Below are positions 1 to 12,277 of a DNA stretch of 64,000 nucleotides, one piece after another. The DNA is from Dictyostelium discoideum. Its lineage: Eukaryota. The stretch covers positions 4,224,001 through 4,288,000 of the forward strand of contig CM000152.2 of NCBI GenBank assembly GCA_000004695.1. Reading direction: 5' to 3'. The position numbers and the translations under genes are program-made. Below the pieces are notes generated by a model. The model did no database searches. It had not been told where the DNA came from and saw only the letters and a program-made list of their open reading frames with translations. Positions within the stretch are counted from its first letter, which is position 1, and each line of letters starts with the position of its first letter.

Positions 1-1270
1 AGAATTAATTCATCCTGATGATAAACAAAAGTTTATAAGTGAAATCAAGAAAACAATTACAAGAGAGACCTCAATTATGGAAATTGAATGTAGAATGCGT
101 AAAAAGTATGGTGGTTATCTTTATATAATTATGAGGGGTAAGGTAGTTTCAAATGAAACCTCTTTCAAAGATAATTCATTACGTATGGCTGGTACATTAC
201 GTGATATGACATCTCGAAAAGATATGCAACGTTTAATTCTAGAGAAAGAAGCTGCCGAGGAAGCAAATAAAGCTAAATCTGCATTTGTTGCAACGGTTTC
301 ACATGAAGTTAGAACTCCACTATCAGGTGTAATAGGTGTTAGTGATTTATTATTAGAAACCAATTTAAGTGAAGAACAAAGAGATTACGTTCAAACCATT
401 CAAAAGAGTTCTCAAGCATTGTTGACCATTATCAATGATATTTTAGATTATTCAAAATTGGAGAGTAGACAATTGAAAATGGAGACATTACCCTTCTCAA
501 TTATTGAAACTTGTCAAGCTGTAATTCATATGCTTTCCGTTGCTGCCAATGACGATGTTGACATTTTATTACGTGTCCCACCAAATGTACCAAGAATTAT
601 ATTTGGTGATGCAATGAGGATGAGACAAGTCTTATTGAATCTCCTGTCGAATGCAATTAAATTTACAAGTCGTGGTCATGTTTTAACAGATATCAGCGTT
701 GATGATTCAATACCACCTACCAATACTGAGGAAGAGATCATTCATCTTTGTATTACCATTGAAGATACAGGTATTGGTATACCACAATCATTATTCGATT
801 CAATCTTTGAACCATTCTCACAAGCTGATAATTCAACCACTAGAAAATATGGTGGTACTGGCTTGGGTTTATCAATTACAAAACGTTTAATTGAAGAAGT
901 AATGGGTGGTACAATACAAGTTAGTAGTATCGTCGGTCAAGGTTCAAAGTTTAAATGTATAATTCCATTCCTTTTACCAAATACTTCACCATCAGATTTA
1001 AATTTAATTTCACCTTCATCACTTCCAAAACCATTCATTAATCGTTCACCAAAATCAACTTATTCTTTCACTGATAAAAAAAATAGTGTTCCATCAACTC
1101 CAATACCAAGTGGTGATATTTTAATAAACAAAGTTTGTTTATTAATTTGTAGAGATACTGTTACTGAATTAGTATTTAAAGAACAATTAGAATGGTTAGG
1201 AATGATTGTAAAACAAGTTCCAAGAAATGTTATTGATAGTATTAAAAATACTATTTTAAATAATAATAAC

Positions 1271-1306
<36 letters not shown>

Positions 1307-2569
1307 TCAAATAATTCTTCATCAATTATTTCACCATCTTCATTAGATTATAGTGATGAGAATGAACATTTAGATCTTGTATTAATTGATTTAGAAATTT
1401 TAACTGAACATCTTAAAATACCATCAAATGTTCCAATAATATTTATTACACCAACAAAATTTAATATTTCAAAACATAATGGAATTTTAAATAAATGGAT
1501 TACTAAATCACCAAATCAAAGAGTTGAACTAATAAGAAGACCTGCAATCACTGATAAATTAATTCCAATAATTAGTAAATGTATTAAATCTCAAGTTCAA
1601 TTTACTTCTGGTTCATCACAGCTTCAATCACAACAAGCAAATTTACAACAACAATTACTTCATCAACAACTTTGTAATAATGGTCAAACTCTAAATAATA
1701 ATTATAACTCTGGAGGTATTGGTGGTGGTGGTGGCGGTGGAGGAAGTAATACAATGAATGGTAGTAGTGGTAATTTATCAAATAATAATAACTTTGGTCA
1801 AACTCCTTTATCATCTGGTCTTGTTTTATTAGTACATACAGGTAGAACTCCTCCTTTATTTAATAATAATGGAAATTCTATAATTCCACCATTAGAATTA
1901 GCTGTTGATCATCATGGTAATCAACAACAACAACTTTACCAACAACAACAACAACAACAAAATAATAGTAGTGGTAACTTCCAACAATTTTATCAACAAC
2001 AAAATAATAATAGTAATAATAGTTTCACACCAACTTTACCAAATGAAAATAGTAATAATAGCATTATGAATAATAGTTTAAATAACAATAATACAACACC
2101 ATCAAATGTTACACCAACACTTTTTACATCTAGTCCATTAGATTTACAAGGAAGAGATACACCTGTATTACAACCGCCAGCATATAGAAAGAAAGCTTTA
2201 ATCGTTGAAGATAATGAACTAAATCGTAAGGTTTTAGCTCAACTCTTTAAGAAAATTGATTGGACCATTTCATTTGCTGAAAATGGAAGAGAAGCTCTAA
2301 AAGAAATCACTGGCGAAAGATGTTTCGATATCGTATTCATGGATTGTCAAATGCCAGTTTTGGATGGTTTCCAAACTACTAAAATAATAAGATCAAAAGA
2401 AAGGGAAAATAATTGGAAGAGAATGAATATTGTTGCACTTTCAGCTGGTTCATCTTCTTCATTTGTTCAAGATTGTTTAGATTCTGGTATGGATTCTTTC
2501 ATGGGTAAACCAATTACCCTAGCTACTCTAAAAGATGCACTAGCAAAATGGGGTGGTTATAATAATTAA
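1..2569 (+). CDS. Hybrid sensor histidine kinase, C-terminal part (PAS/PAC tail, HisKA, HATPase_c, long N/Q-rich linker, response-regulator receiver); 5' end lies upstream of the window
   Basis: The reading frame is open from base 2 (ELIHPDDKQKF...), so the ATG at 77 is internal. H-box SHEVRTPLSG is present, with G-boxes DTGIGI and GGTGLGL. The receiver motifs are LIVEDNELNRKVL...DIVFMDCQMPVLDGF. Stop TAA at 2567-2569. Typical Dictyostelium dhk-family architecture. Confidence 0.9.
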
Positions 2570-2910
2570 ATAAATCATGACCATTTTTTTTTAATATTGT
2601 AATTAATAATAGGAAAAAAAAAAAAAAAAAAAGACAAAAATGTTTAGATAAAATATTTTCTTTATTTTATTTGTTTATTTTTTAATTTAAAATTTAACTT
2701 TATTAAAATCCTATTTATTTGTTAAAACTGAATAATTTAATTGCAAAATGGATGGTCATAATTTAATAAATCATAATCTTTTTTTGAAATTGTAATTAAT
2801 AATAAGAAAAAAAAATGTTTAGATAAATAAATATATTTTCTTTATTTATTTATTTAAAATTGAACTTTATTAAAATCTAAATCATTTGTTAAAACTGAAT
2901 AATTTAATTG
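2549..2910. repeat. Perfect head-to-tail tandem duplication (unit 1 2549-2743, unit 2 2744-2910) covering the last 7 codons of the histidine-kinase CDS plus its 3' UTR; copy 2 diverged
   Basis: The HK end gcaaaatggggtggttataataattaaataaatcatgacca recurs as gcaaaatggatggtcataatttaataaatcataatc. Both units end with the identical gttaaaactgaataatttaattg. Confidence 0.8.
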
Positions 2911-3259
2911 ATTAATTAAATCTGTTGAACCAATTTTTTCAATTATTGATTTTTTATTGACAATAATATTTCCAATTTGTTTATTAATTTTTGGTAATAA
3001 AATAATATTATGCATTGTTACCAATGGTTTTGGAATCTCCATTTCAATTGGTAAATCTGGTAAAACGATTGAATCAATTTGTTTTTTTAATTCAGTTGAT
3101 TCGAAATCTTCTCTTAAATTTTTTGTAAATTCTAAAAATGATTGATTTATACTATCTTTTAATACATCATAAAATTTTTGGCTAAATGATAATTTAAAAA
3201 TTAAAAAATTATTATTTAATTATAGAAAAAAAAAAAAAACAAATAAAAAAACTTTGAAA

Positions 3260-3302
<43 letters not shown>

Positions 3303-3926
3303 TACCTTTCAAAAATATTCCTAATTTCATTATATAACATTTTTAAATTTTGATATTCAATATCATTATCATTTTCAGGTGTTTTTTGAGATTGAACTAA
3401 ATTATCGATTTCTTCTTCTGTTGGTATTAAATATTTTAATAATGAATTATCTGATGATATTGATGCTATAATCTCTTTTTTTTCAAAATTATTTCTAATA
3501 TTAATTAATAATTTTAAAAATCCTTCAAAACTACTTTGTTGATCAATTTTCCAACTTTTTTTTTTTTTTTTATTATTAATAATTTATAAAAACATTATAA
3601 ATTAGTAAAAATTAATTTTATGTAAAATAAAATAAAATAAAATAAAATAAATAAAACATACTCTTTTAATGAAATTTTAATTTGTTCTTGAATTAAATTA
3701 ATAAATTGTGAAAAATTAATATCTTTAAAGAAATAACAATTATTTCTTGAGTTTATAAAATTTGATTCAGTTTGTTGATTTATTAATCTCATTGAATGTT
3801 GTTCTTGATCTTTATATAAAACATAATCTAAATAACAATATTTTCCAATTAAATTTATCTGTAGTCTATTAAAAATTGTCACCATTGGTATTATATATAA
3901 AACTGAAAATAATTTTGTAATAACTA

Positions 3927-3958
<32 letters not shown>

Positions 3959-3992
3959 CAAAAAAAGCTTATTAGTATAATAATAATAATAA

Positions 3993-4083
<91 letters not shown>

Positions 4084-4465
4084 TACTTGAAACTTTTAAT
4101 TGATCTGTTAATTTTAATTTTTCTGAAGGATCTTTTTCTGATCTAATTGATGCTAAAGAAGGTGTTTGAATTTTATCCAATATTTTATTTTCATCAATAA
4201 ATTTTGTAATTATTGCATCTACCTCTCTTTCACTAAGTTTTTGTGTTGATTCAAAATATGTCATAACTCTTTCTTTTGCTAATTTGATTTGTTTTCTTTT
4301 ATGAGATTGTGTTATATTATGATAAAGATATGCAACACCACTACTAAATGATACTAAAAACACACCCATCTTATGATTATATAAAAATGATCCAAACTTT
4401 TTAAGGTCTTGGTAAACCTTACTAACTTTATTTGGACTTAAATCTTCGAATTGAAAGTTCTCCAT
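2854..4465 (-). CDS. pex3: Peroxin-3 (PEX3) homologue, 4 exons: 4465-4087, 3902-3662, 3554-3306, 3181-2854
   Basis: Exons joined through GTAATT, GTATGT and GTATTT donors and AG acceptors; phases are consistent (leftovers 1/2/2). The N-terminal LKKFGSFLYNHKMGVFLVSFSSGVAYLYHNITQ resembles the PEX3 N-terminal TM segment. VTIFNRLQINLIGKYCYLDY matches the PEX3 RVQLNIIGGYIYLDN region. Intron 1 carries an (AAT)n microsatellite. Confidence 0.7.
3978..4083. repeat. (AAT/ATT)n microsatellite inside pex3 intron 1
   Basis: ~35 perfect trinucleotide units. The ORF track reads it as poly-Tyr, which is an artefact. Confidence 0.9.
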
Positions 4466-4760
4466 TTTTTATTTTTTATTTATTTTTAATATTATTATTT
4501 ACAAAAATACTTTTATATATTGTGAAGTAAAACAAATTCAATTTGAAAAAAAAAAAAAATAAAAAAAAAAAATAAAAATAAAAAAAAATAAAAAAAGTGA
4601 AAATAAAAATAAAAATGAAATTTTGTAAAAGTGTGTGTGGGATTGTACAAATAAAAAATATATTTATATTTTTTTTCTTTTTTTATTTTTTTATTTTTAT
4701 CTTTTTCTTGATTTGATGTTTTGATTTTGTATTTTTAAAATTTTCTTTTTTTTTTTTTTT

Positions 4761-6881
4761 TTAATAATCATCTTCTTCATAGTTATTAAAATTACGACTT
4801 AATAAACTACCAGATTGAATTGGTTGAATTGGTTCATAATCATCATCATCATCGTCTTCTTTATTTGTTTCTTTTGGATTGATAGAGGTATTTTTAGAGG
4901 TGCCATCAGTAGATAACATTGCACCTACGGCAGCTTGATTATTTGATGCACCAGCCCCACCAAATAAACCCATAGTAACGAAATTTGGTTTGAAGAGACC
5001 TAATTTCTCAACGAGTTTTGCATTTCTAGTTCTCTTTTTTAATTCTTCTTCAGCGGCAGCTTGTGCATTTTCAGCAGATTTCTTACTTACAGGTGCTTTT
5101 CTCTTTCTTGGTGGTCTACCAGCTTTAATATCCTCCTCAATCTCTCTTTGTCTTTCTTCATTCTTTTCAATCCATTCTTTATTTAATTCCACCCAAATCT
5201 CTTCTTTCTTTTTTACAGTATCTTTATCATGTTCCAAGTAAAAATCTAATTCTTCATCACTTAAATTTTCCAATTCATCATTTGGTGCAAAAACTGATTG
5301 ATCAATTGTTGATGTTATAGTTGGGTATGATACAACAGAATCCATTGTTTTATTAATTGGTGTTGGTAAATCTATTGGTGCTGAACTCTCATTATTTTGA
5401 CTTGTAGTTGTAGTTGTTGTTGTTTGTGTGGTTGTTGTTGATGATGGTGGTGGTGTTGTATCTGGTTCTTGACTTTGACTTTCTTTAATTTTTTCATCCA
5501 TTTCATTTTTTACTTTTTGAGCTAAAGTTTTAATATCGGATTGAATTTTTTCAAACTTTTCAATATTCTCCAAAAGTGTTGTTGGAATTGAATCTACATT
5601 TGTAATATCCTTAATAGATTGAACATTTTGTGAACCTTTGACTATATCATTTGATTCTTTTTCAATATCATCATCATCTTTTAATAATTCTCTCTTTCTT
5701 TTTTTATTCTTCTTATTATCACCTTTAGTTTCTTCATTTAAATTATCTTCTTCCTCCTCTTCATCATCGTCATCATCATCTTCCTCTTCTTCTTCTTCCT
5801 CTTCACCTTCACCTCCTTTAATTTTATCTTTTTTATCTTTTTTTAAGTCTTGTTTTTTTTCCAATTTTTTCTCTATTTCTTCTTTATTTTCTTTTATAAT
5901 TATTTCTTTATTATCTTTATTATTTTCAAGTTCAAGTAATTTTTTTTTCTCTTTTTTTAATCTTTTTCTTTCTTTTTTTTCTTCTAAAAGTTTTAATTTT
6001 TCTTCTTCTTTCTTTTCTTTTAATCTTGCTCTTGTGAAAGAGGGTGGATCACATTGATCCTCTAAATCCATACCATTGAATTCATCGAATCTAAGGGTAG
6101 CAGTTGGTGTTTTTCTAAATTCATCTAAACGATTGATTAAAGTTTGTTCACCAATTTTAACGACATGAACGATTTCTTTCATTGATCTTTTGAAACCATG
6201 AATTTTTGAAGCGATATATAATGAAGCACCACAAATACCTGATGGCTTTCTACCAATTGACATCCAATCTCTCTTCATTCTAGCGACTAATTTATTAGCG
6301 GTCGCAATTACATCTTTAGTTTGATCACCAAACTCTAAGGCTGATGCAAATCTTTGAATGAAGAAACTTGGATCTACAATTGGTAATTGAATATTTAATA
6401 ATTTGATCAATTGAAGGAATGTACCAGCAACTATGAATACATTGACTTGAAGATTCTCTGAAAAGTCAATTAGTAGATGAGGTGTTCTCTCTCTACGACA
6501 AACTATATATAAACATGCTGCTGCAACCAATCTTGTTTGTCTACCTTTGGTGAAATTATTCTCCATTGCCAATTCAAAGGTTCTTTGTGCACTATCGATT
6601 AAATGACTTCTAATTCTTAATGAGTTACCAATTTGATCCAATTTTTTACGTGCATTCTCTACTGACATTGCCCTTGAATCTCTTCCTCCTAATGATCTAT
6701 AGGATGATGGTTTCCTAGTTGCACTAACAAATGTACCAACAATTGATGAATCTCCTCCAAATTGTACTTCTGATACAATGTTTGCTGATTCTTTAACTGT
6801 ACCACATGCTGTACATACAACACTACCTTCATTTGATGACGCAAATGAATCATTTCCACAATTTCCACAATTTTTTGACAT
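4761..6881 (-). CDS. TFIIB-related factor BRF1, RNA polymerase III TFIIIB subunit; single exon
   Basis: N-terminal Zn-ribbon CGNCGN...CTACG. Two cyclin-like repeats RQTRLVAAACLYIVCRRERTPHLLIDFSENLQVNVF and RKPSGICGASLYIASKIHGF. The long acidic/K-rich C-terminus is typical of BRF. Close match to human BRF1 in the conserved blocks. Confidence 0.9.
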   Translation of the reverse strand: MSKNCGNCGNDSFASSNEGSVVCTACGTVKESANIVSEVQFGGDSSIVGTFVSATRKPSSYRSLGGRDSRAMSVENARKKLDQIGNSLRIRSHLIDSAQRTFELAMENNFTKGRQTRLVAAACLYIVCRRERTPHLLIDFSENLQVNVFIVAGTFLQLIKLLNIQLPIVDPSFFIQRFASALEFGDQTKDVIATANKLVARMKRDWMSIGRKPSGICGASLYIASKIHGFKRSMKEIVHVVKIGEQTLINRLDEFRKTPTATLRFDEFNGMDLEDQCDPPSFTRARLKEKKEEEKLKLLEEKKERKRLKKEKKKLLELENNKDNKEIIIKENKEEIEKKLEKKQDLKKDKKDKIKGGEGEEEEEEEEDDDDDDEEEEEDNLNEETKGDNKKNKKRKRELLKDDDDIEKESNDIVKGSQNVQSIKDITNVDSIPTTLLENIEKFEKIQSDIKTLAQKVKNEMDEKIKESQSQEPDTTPPPSSTTTTQTTTTTTTSQNNESSAPIDLPTPINKTMDSVVSYPTITSTIDQSVFAPNDELENLSDEELDFYLEHDKDTVKKKEEIWVELNKEWIEKNEERQREIEEDIKAGRPPRKRKAPVSKKSAENAQAAAEEELKKRTRNAKLVEKLGLFKPNFVTMGLFGGAGASNNQAAVGAMLSTDGTSKNTSINPKETNKEDDDDDDYEPIQPIQSGSLLSRNFNNYEEDDY

Positions 6882-6905
6882 TTTTTTTTTTTTAAAAATA
6901 AAAAT

Positions 6906-6945
<40 letters not shown>

Positions 6946-7268
6946 ATATATTTAAATTAACTTTTTTTTGAAAATTATGTATTTATTTCCTCAATTTTTT
7001 TTAAATTATTTATTTTGAATTGATATATTTTAAAAAAATAAAAAAAAAAAGATAAAATGTCGTGTTTGTTGAAAAAATTTTAAAAAAAAAAAAAAAAAAT
7101 TAAAAATATAAAAAATAAAAAAAAAAAAAATTGAAAAATTGGAGGTAAATAATGATTTAATTGTTTTTTTTTTATATATTAAATTAAAAAAAAAAATATC
7201 CAAATGAAATGATTATTTAAAATATGAAATTTTTATTTAAATAATATAGTGATATTTTATAATATTTT

Positions 7269-7313
<45 letters not shown>

Positions 7314-7395
7314 CTATTTTCATTTCATTTTTCATTTTTTTTTTTTTTTTTTTTTTTTTATTTTTTTTAATTAAATGTTTTAAAAATTAATTTAG

Positions 7396-7556
7396 TTGCC
7401 AAATATCATGACAATACCATCACTTGAAAAAGAAAATAATAGTAGTGAGAGTAGTGAAAATAAAAAAAGAGAACTTGAAATCACTGAAAAAGATAATGAT
7501 GTTGATAATAAAGACGATGATGATCAAGCAATTTTGAAAAAAAGAGTTAAAATTGG

Positions 7557-7653
<97 letters not shown>

Positions 7654-7920
7654 ACAGATGAAGATGGAGATTTTTTAAATAAAATTCAAGTTGATTATAA
7701 TAAAACTATTTATAGTGAAGTTTTACAAGAAAAGGATCAACACATTTTCAATTTAAAAAATAAAAATTATGAACAACAAAAACTAATAGAGAATCAACAA
7801 GATTTAATTAGAGATTTAAATAGAAAAATAAATTCATTGAAAATTAATTTTGGTGATTCAATAGAACCATTATTTTCATTAAATTTAAATTATGTTGATG
7901 AGTATGTATATTTATGGAAA

Positions 7921-7979
<59 letters not shown>

Positions 7980-9157
7980 AATAAATACTAATAATTTTTT
8001 TTAAAAAAAAAAAAAAAACAGTAATAAATTATCAGAATTAGAAAATTTTTTATTTGGATATTTTTATAATTTTAGTAAGAAAAATCAAAATAATTCAGAA
8101 CCTGGTGAAGTTGAAAAAGAGTATATACTTGGTAATATTTCTCATTATTATGAAGGTGGATTTGTATTAAATAGGTTTGGAAATAAAGAATTTGCAGATA
8201 TGGCTACAACAATACCTTATAATTATTCAAGAATTCCAATGTATAGAATTGATAAAAGTGATTTACACAATGATAATAATAATAATAGCGATGAAAATGA
8301 CCCAAATACTGAAGCTGAAAAGAAATCATTTAGTGGAATTTGTTTCAACTGTTCACAAAAGGGTCATTCTGTAAATGATTGTCCTTATACATATTCATAT
8401 AAAAGAGTTCAACAAAATAGAAAAGCATTCTTAGAAAGTAAACCAACAAAGCAAGTATTAGTAATAAAAATAAAAATAAAAATAAAAATAAGAATAAAAT
8501 AATAATAAAAATTTATTAATAATAAAATAAATAATTAGCGAAAGATATTTCTTAACAATTGAAAAAAATGAAAAGAAATTAAATGAATCACTGCAACAAC
8601 AACAACAACAACAACAACAACAGCCACACGATCTACCACCTCCTCCCCCTCCACCATCATCTCCTCCCCCTCCACCCCCACCATCACCTCCCAGAGTGCC
8701 ATTTCTACCTCCTCCCCCTCCTCCTCCTCCTCTTTCCCCCCCTCATTCTTCTTCAAGTTCAACTTCTACTACTATCACACCAACCGAATCAACATCAACA
8801 TCTTCATCCGCATCCACATCCACATCGACCTCAACATCAACATCAACATCAACATCGAAAAATAATAATAATAATAATATAGAAACTAAAAATACAACAT
8901 CATTATCAGAATCAATAATTAGTGGTGATGATATTGTTGTTGAATTTGATCCATCAAAGAATAAAAATCTTTTTATACAAAATACAAAAAGTACACAAAA
9001 AGAAGAAACTACAGAATCAAATAAATTTCAAGAAAATGAAGATTATATTGAATTTCCAAGAGACCTTTTTGAACAAGCAGAAAATAAAGAAACTGAAGAA
9101 TCATACTATAAAACAAATTATGATCCATCATTCTTTACAAATTTTATAAATTCAAAA

Positions 9158-9211
<54 letters not shown>

Positions 9212-9727
9212 TTTAATAACTATAATAATAATTTCAATAATTATAATAATGGTAACTATGTTGGTTATAACCAACAGTATGGTAACCAAAACTTTAATAG
9301 CAATATGTATGGATTTTATAATGGAAATAATAACATTAATAATTATCCATATGGAAATAATTATAATAATTATGATCATCATAGAAATAATATGTACAAT
9401 AGTAATTATAACAATAGTTATAATAATAATAATAATTTTAATAATTTTAATAAAAATTTTAATGGTTGTGGTGGTTTTGATGATAGAATGAGAAACAATG
9501 ATAGATATAGAGATTTAGAACCTAATAATAATAATAATAATTTTCAACAAACATTACCAACAACAAATTTAAATAAAAATATAATATCACCACCAAAACC
9601 ACCAAAATCGTCAACTATTTCAAATGTAACTACGTCAGTGGTAGTATTAAATCAACCAACTCCTATATCACCACCGCCATCACAAAATGAAGCTGTTGAT
9701 ATGGATACTGAAGATGGGGAATTGTAA
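7396..9727 (+). CDS. CCHC zinc-knuckle, N/Q/P-rich protein; proposed exons 7396-7901, 8022-8454, 8576-9727
   Basis: Exon 1 donor is GTATGT at 7902 and the acceptor is ...acag at 8021. The knuckle is CFNCSQKGHSVNDC. The long in-frame poly-Q/poly-P/N-rich frame upstream of the ATG at 8696 implies a spliced exon 3. The only phase-consistent exon 2/3 junction is donor GTATTA at 8455 with acceptor gaaaag at 8575, which is uncertain. Confidence 0.55.
7558..7650 (+). repeat. (AAT)n ~31 units coding poly-Asn in exon 1 of the CCHC gene
   Basis: Perfect trinucleotide array. Confidence 0.9.
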
Positions 9728-11580
9728 ATAAAATTTAAAATTTAAAATTTAAAATAATTTAGTTTCTTTTTATTGTTTTTATTGTTTTTAAATCTTTTTT
9801 AATTTTAAAATTTTGTGTTATTGTTTTATTGTTTTATTGTTTATGTTTTAAATCTTGAAAACCAGTATCAAAACAATGTAAATAAGAGAATTACCAGCAA
9901 GTATCCAAACTATTACTTGCTTTAATACGTTTATAACCAATGACCCAGGGTGAAGATATTTTTCACAAACTGTAATTCGTGAAGTTTGGGAAGAGCAGAT
10001 ACTCATACTGAGTTTGTTAGCATTCATTAGAAAATGTGGTGTCCATTTACAAGTTGAATCTGTTAAAGTTTCCAAATTATTAGATGATGAATTTCTCAAC
10101 CTCAAAAACATTGACCAAAATGAAATATTATATTACATATATATCAAATATAATTGTAATGGTTGTTCAGGAAATATCACAATATCTATTTTCGACCTCC
10201 TTTATTATCAAAGCTAAATGTCCAAAATGTGCAAGAAAAAGAGGAGAACATCAAATGATTTAAACAAATACCACTTGAAGAACATAAGTCCAATAGATCT
10301 TCAAGAACATCAAATATCATGGAGCACCATTAAAAGCAATAATATCATGAAAACGGATGATGGCCAACAACTTTTAAATTTTGTAATGGCAATCAAAGTG
10401 TATATTAAGAGATACATTGGATTCTATTGAAAACAAATATGCCATTTATAATAAAACAAACAAATGAATTGGCAACCTTTTTATTTGATAATCCATTGGG
10501 AAGAATAAGCCATATCTTATTAAATGACCATTTTATTTTTCAATTAAATGACGTTGAAAGAGTTACTACTAAATAATTTAATTCAAATTTAAATAAAAAT
10601 ATAATACCACCAAAAACCACAAACTATTTCAAATGTAACTAACTACAACTAAATCCTATATCACCATCATCATCATCATCATAATCACAAAATGAAGCTG
10701 TACAGAAGATGGAAAATTGTAAATAAAATTTAAATTTTAAAATCTAAAATCTAAAATAATTTATTTTTGTTTTATTGTTTTTATTGTTTTTATTGTTTTT
10801 ATTGTTTTAAATCTTCAAAATCAGTATCAGAACCATGATAAACAAAAGAATTACCAGCACGTAAACTATTGGCGACAGCACTTGCTTTCATACCTTTATA
10901 ACCATTGAAACAATAATCATAAGCTAATCTTGAAACTGATTTTTGAAGTGGGAATGGTGTTTCGATCTCTGTGAATTCTTTTACAGGTGCCCATTTACAT
11001 TGAGCGATTTCAGATGGATCACTATTGATTTCACTTGACAACGGCTTAAGAGCACAGATAAAATATATGTCACCTCTGTTAAAGGCATAGTTGTGCAACT
11101 GACGAAGGCCAAGAATGCTCACAAACTCAGTACGAATACCTGTCTCTTCCCAAACTTCACGAACTGCAGTCTCGCAAATATCTTCACCTGGGTCGTTGGC
11201 TCCACCTGGTATCTTCCATTTATCAGGTCTTTGCTTCTCAGTGATCAATAGAATTTCATTACGGTCATTAATTACAACACCACCACAACCAATGAAATGA
11301 GAGGTATAGTGTGGTAATTTATTTGGTTCCCCGATTGGTAGCCATTTAGTCAACATTATGTAATTGGATTGGCAATGATGAAATGAGAATCCATTCTCTA
11401 CCAATGTTGGAATTAATATTGAATTAGTTTCTGGTATCTCTATCCAAATGCCTCTACGTTTATTCTCTGTCCAAAATTGTAAACTATTTTTAATGATTTC
11501 TTTAAATTTACTAACACTATCTTCCCCACTACCCTTTGGGTATTGTGTTGTATCTTTAACAATAATACCATCGAAAATAT
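9569..11580. repeat. Tandem segmental duplication of ~1 kb, units ~9569-10573 and ~10574-11580, spanning the convergent 3' ends of the CCHC gene and the Nudix gene
   Basis: caaatttaaataaaaatataata...tcacaaaatgaagctg...attgtaaataaaatttaaa...ttattgttttaaatctt is present at both 9569-9860 and 10574-10812. Unit 1 keeps an intact CCHC 3' end and a decayed Nudix 3' end. Unit 2 keeps a decayed CCHC 3' end and the intact Nudix 3' end. Confidence 0.7.
9848..10570 (-). pseudogene. Scrambled pseudogene fragment of the Nudix hydrolase C-terminal region, including a ~90-bp inverted Nudix-box segment
   Basis: 9848-9935 matches 10806-10900 (~70% identity). Residual translation ...CKWTPHF...ILAGNSLIY corresponds to Nudix ...CKWAPVKEF...LRAGNSFVY. 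9936-10027 is the reverse complement of 11110-11200, the GEDICETAVREVWEETG box, with a frameshift. Confidence 0.65.
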
Positions 11581-11929
11581 CTGGAATACCAGCTAATATA
11601 CCCTTTTCTATTAATTTAGGATCATTATATTTTTCATTTAATTCTATTTTCTTATTATCTAATAATTTACTACTTTCACTCATATTTTTTGTAATTTTTA
11701 ATAAATTTGTTTTTGTTGTTGTTGTTGTTGTTGTTATTGGTTTTGAACAAAAATATCGAATATTATTATTATTACAATTTAATTTAAATTTACTATTATT
11801 ATTTTTATTATTATTATTATTTTTATTATTTTTATTAATAGTATTTATGTTATTACAATTTATTTTTTTATTTATATTGTATTTATTTATAATATTTCTA
11901 AAAATTAAAAATGAAAATTGCGATTTCAT
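10799..11929 (-). CDS. Nudix hydrolase (NUDT6-like) with an N-rich N-terminal extension; alternative start at Met83 (11683)
   Basis: Nudix box GGANDPGEDICETAVREVWEETGI in a single ORF. The upstream 82 codons are AT-rich poly-N and may be UTR or a transit peptide. Confidence 0.85.
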   Translation of the reverse strand: MKSQFSFLIFRNIINKYNINKKINCNNINTINKNNKNNNNNKNNNSKFKLNCNNNNIRYFCSKPITTTTTTTKTNLLKITKNMSESSKLLDNKKIELNEKYNDPKLIEKGILAGIPDIFDGIIVKDTTQYPKGSGEDSVSKFKEIIKNSLQFWTENKRRGIWIEIPETNSILIPTLVENGFSFHHCQSNYIMLTKWLPIGEPNKLPHYTSHFIGCGGVVINDRNEILLITEKQRPDKWKIPGGANDPGEDICETAVREVWEETGIRTEFVSILGLRQLHNYAFNRGDIYFICALKPLSSEINSDPSEIAQCKWAPVKEFTEIETPFPLQKSVSRLAYDYCFNGYKGMKASAVANSLRAGNSFVYHGSDTDFEDLKQ

Positions 11930-12245
11930 GAAGATTTATATAATTTTGAAAAAAATAAAAAAAAAAAAAAAGAAAAAAAAAATAAAAATTAAAAATAAAA
12001 AAAAATTAAAAAAAAATTAAATTCATAGAAAAATGGGATTTAAATTGATTCTGTTTATTTTTTTTTTATAATTATTTTTTTTAAAATTCTAAATATAAGT
12101 TATTATTGGTATTAATATTATTATTTTTAATTTTTTATTTTTTATATTTTTTTTATTTTTTATTTTTTTTCTAGAGTCACTAAATTCCCACCATCTAACT
12201 TTCTAGAATCATTAAGAATAAATTATTAAATATTAAAATTCATAC

Positions 12246-12277
<32 letters not shown>

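Noticed and set aside
5638-6057. ORF-track entries encoding poly-S/F/L/I/V/C/Y/H proteins antisense to or inside real genes (e.g. 5638-6057, 9152-9491, 19058-19688, 26097-27305, 31874-32167, 34778-35538, 45018-45221, 52388-52594, 62072-62659)
   Set aside because: They are other-frame or antisense readings of trinucleotide microsatellites and of the BRF1, EGF-protein and BEACH-family coding regions. Composition is homopolymeric and there is no start context.
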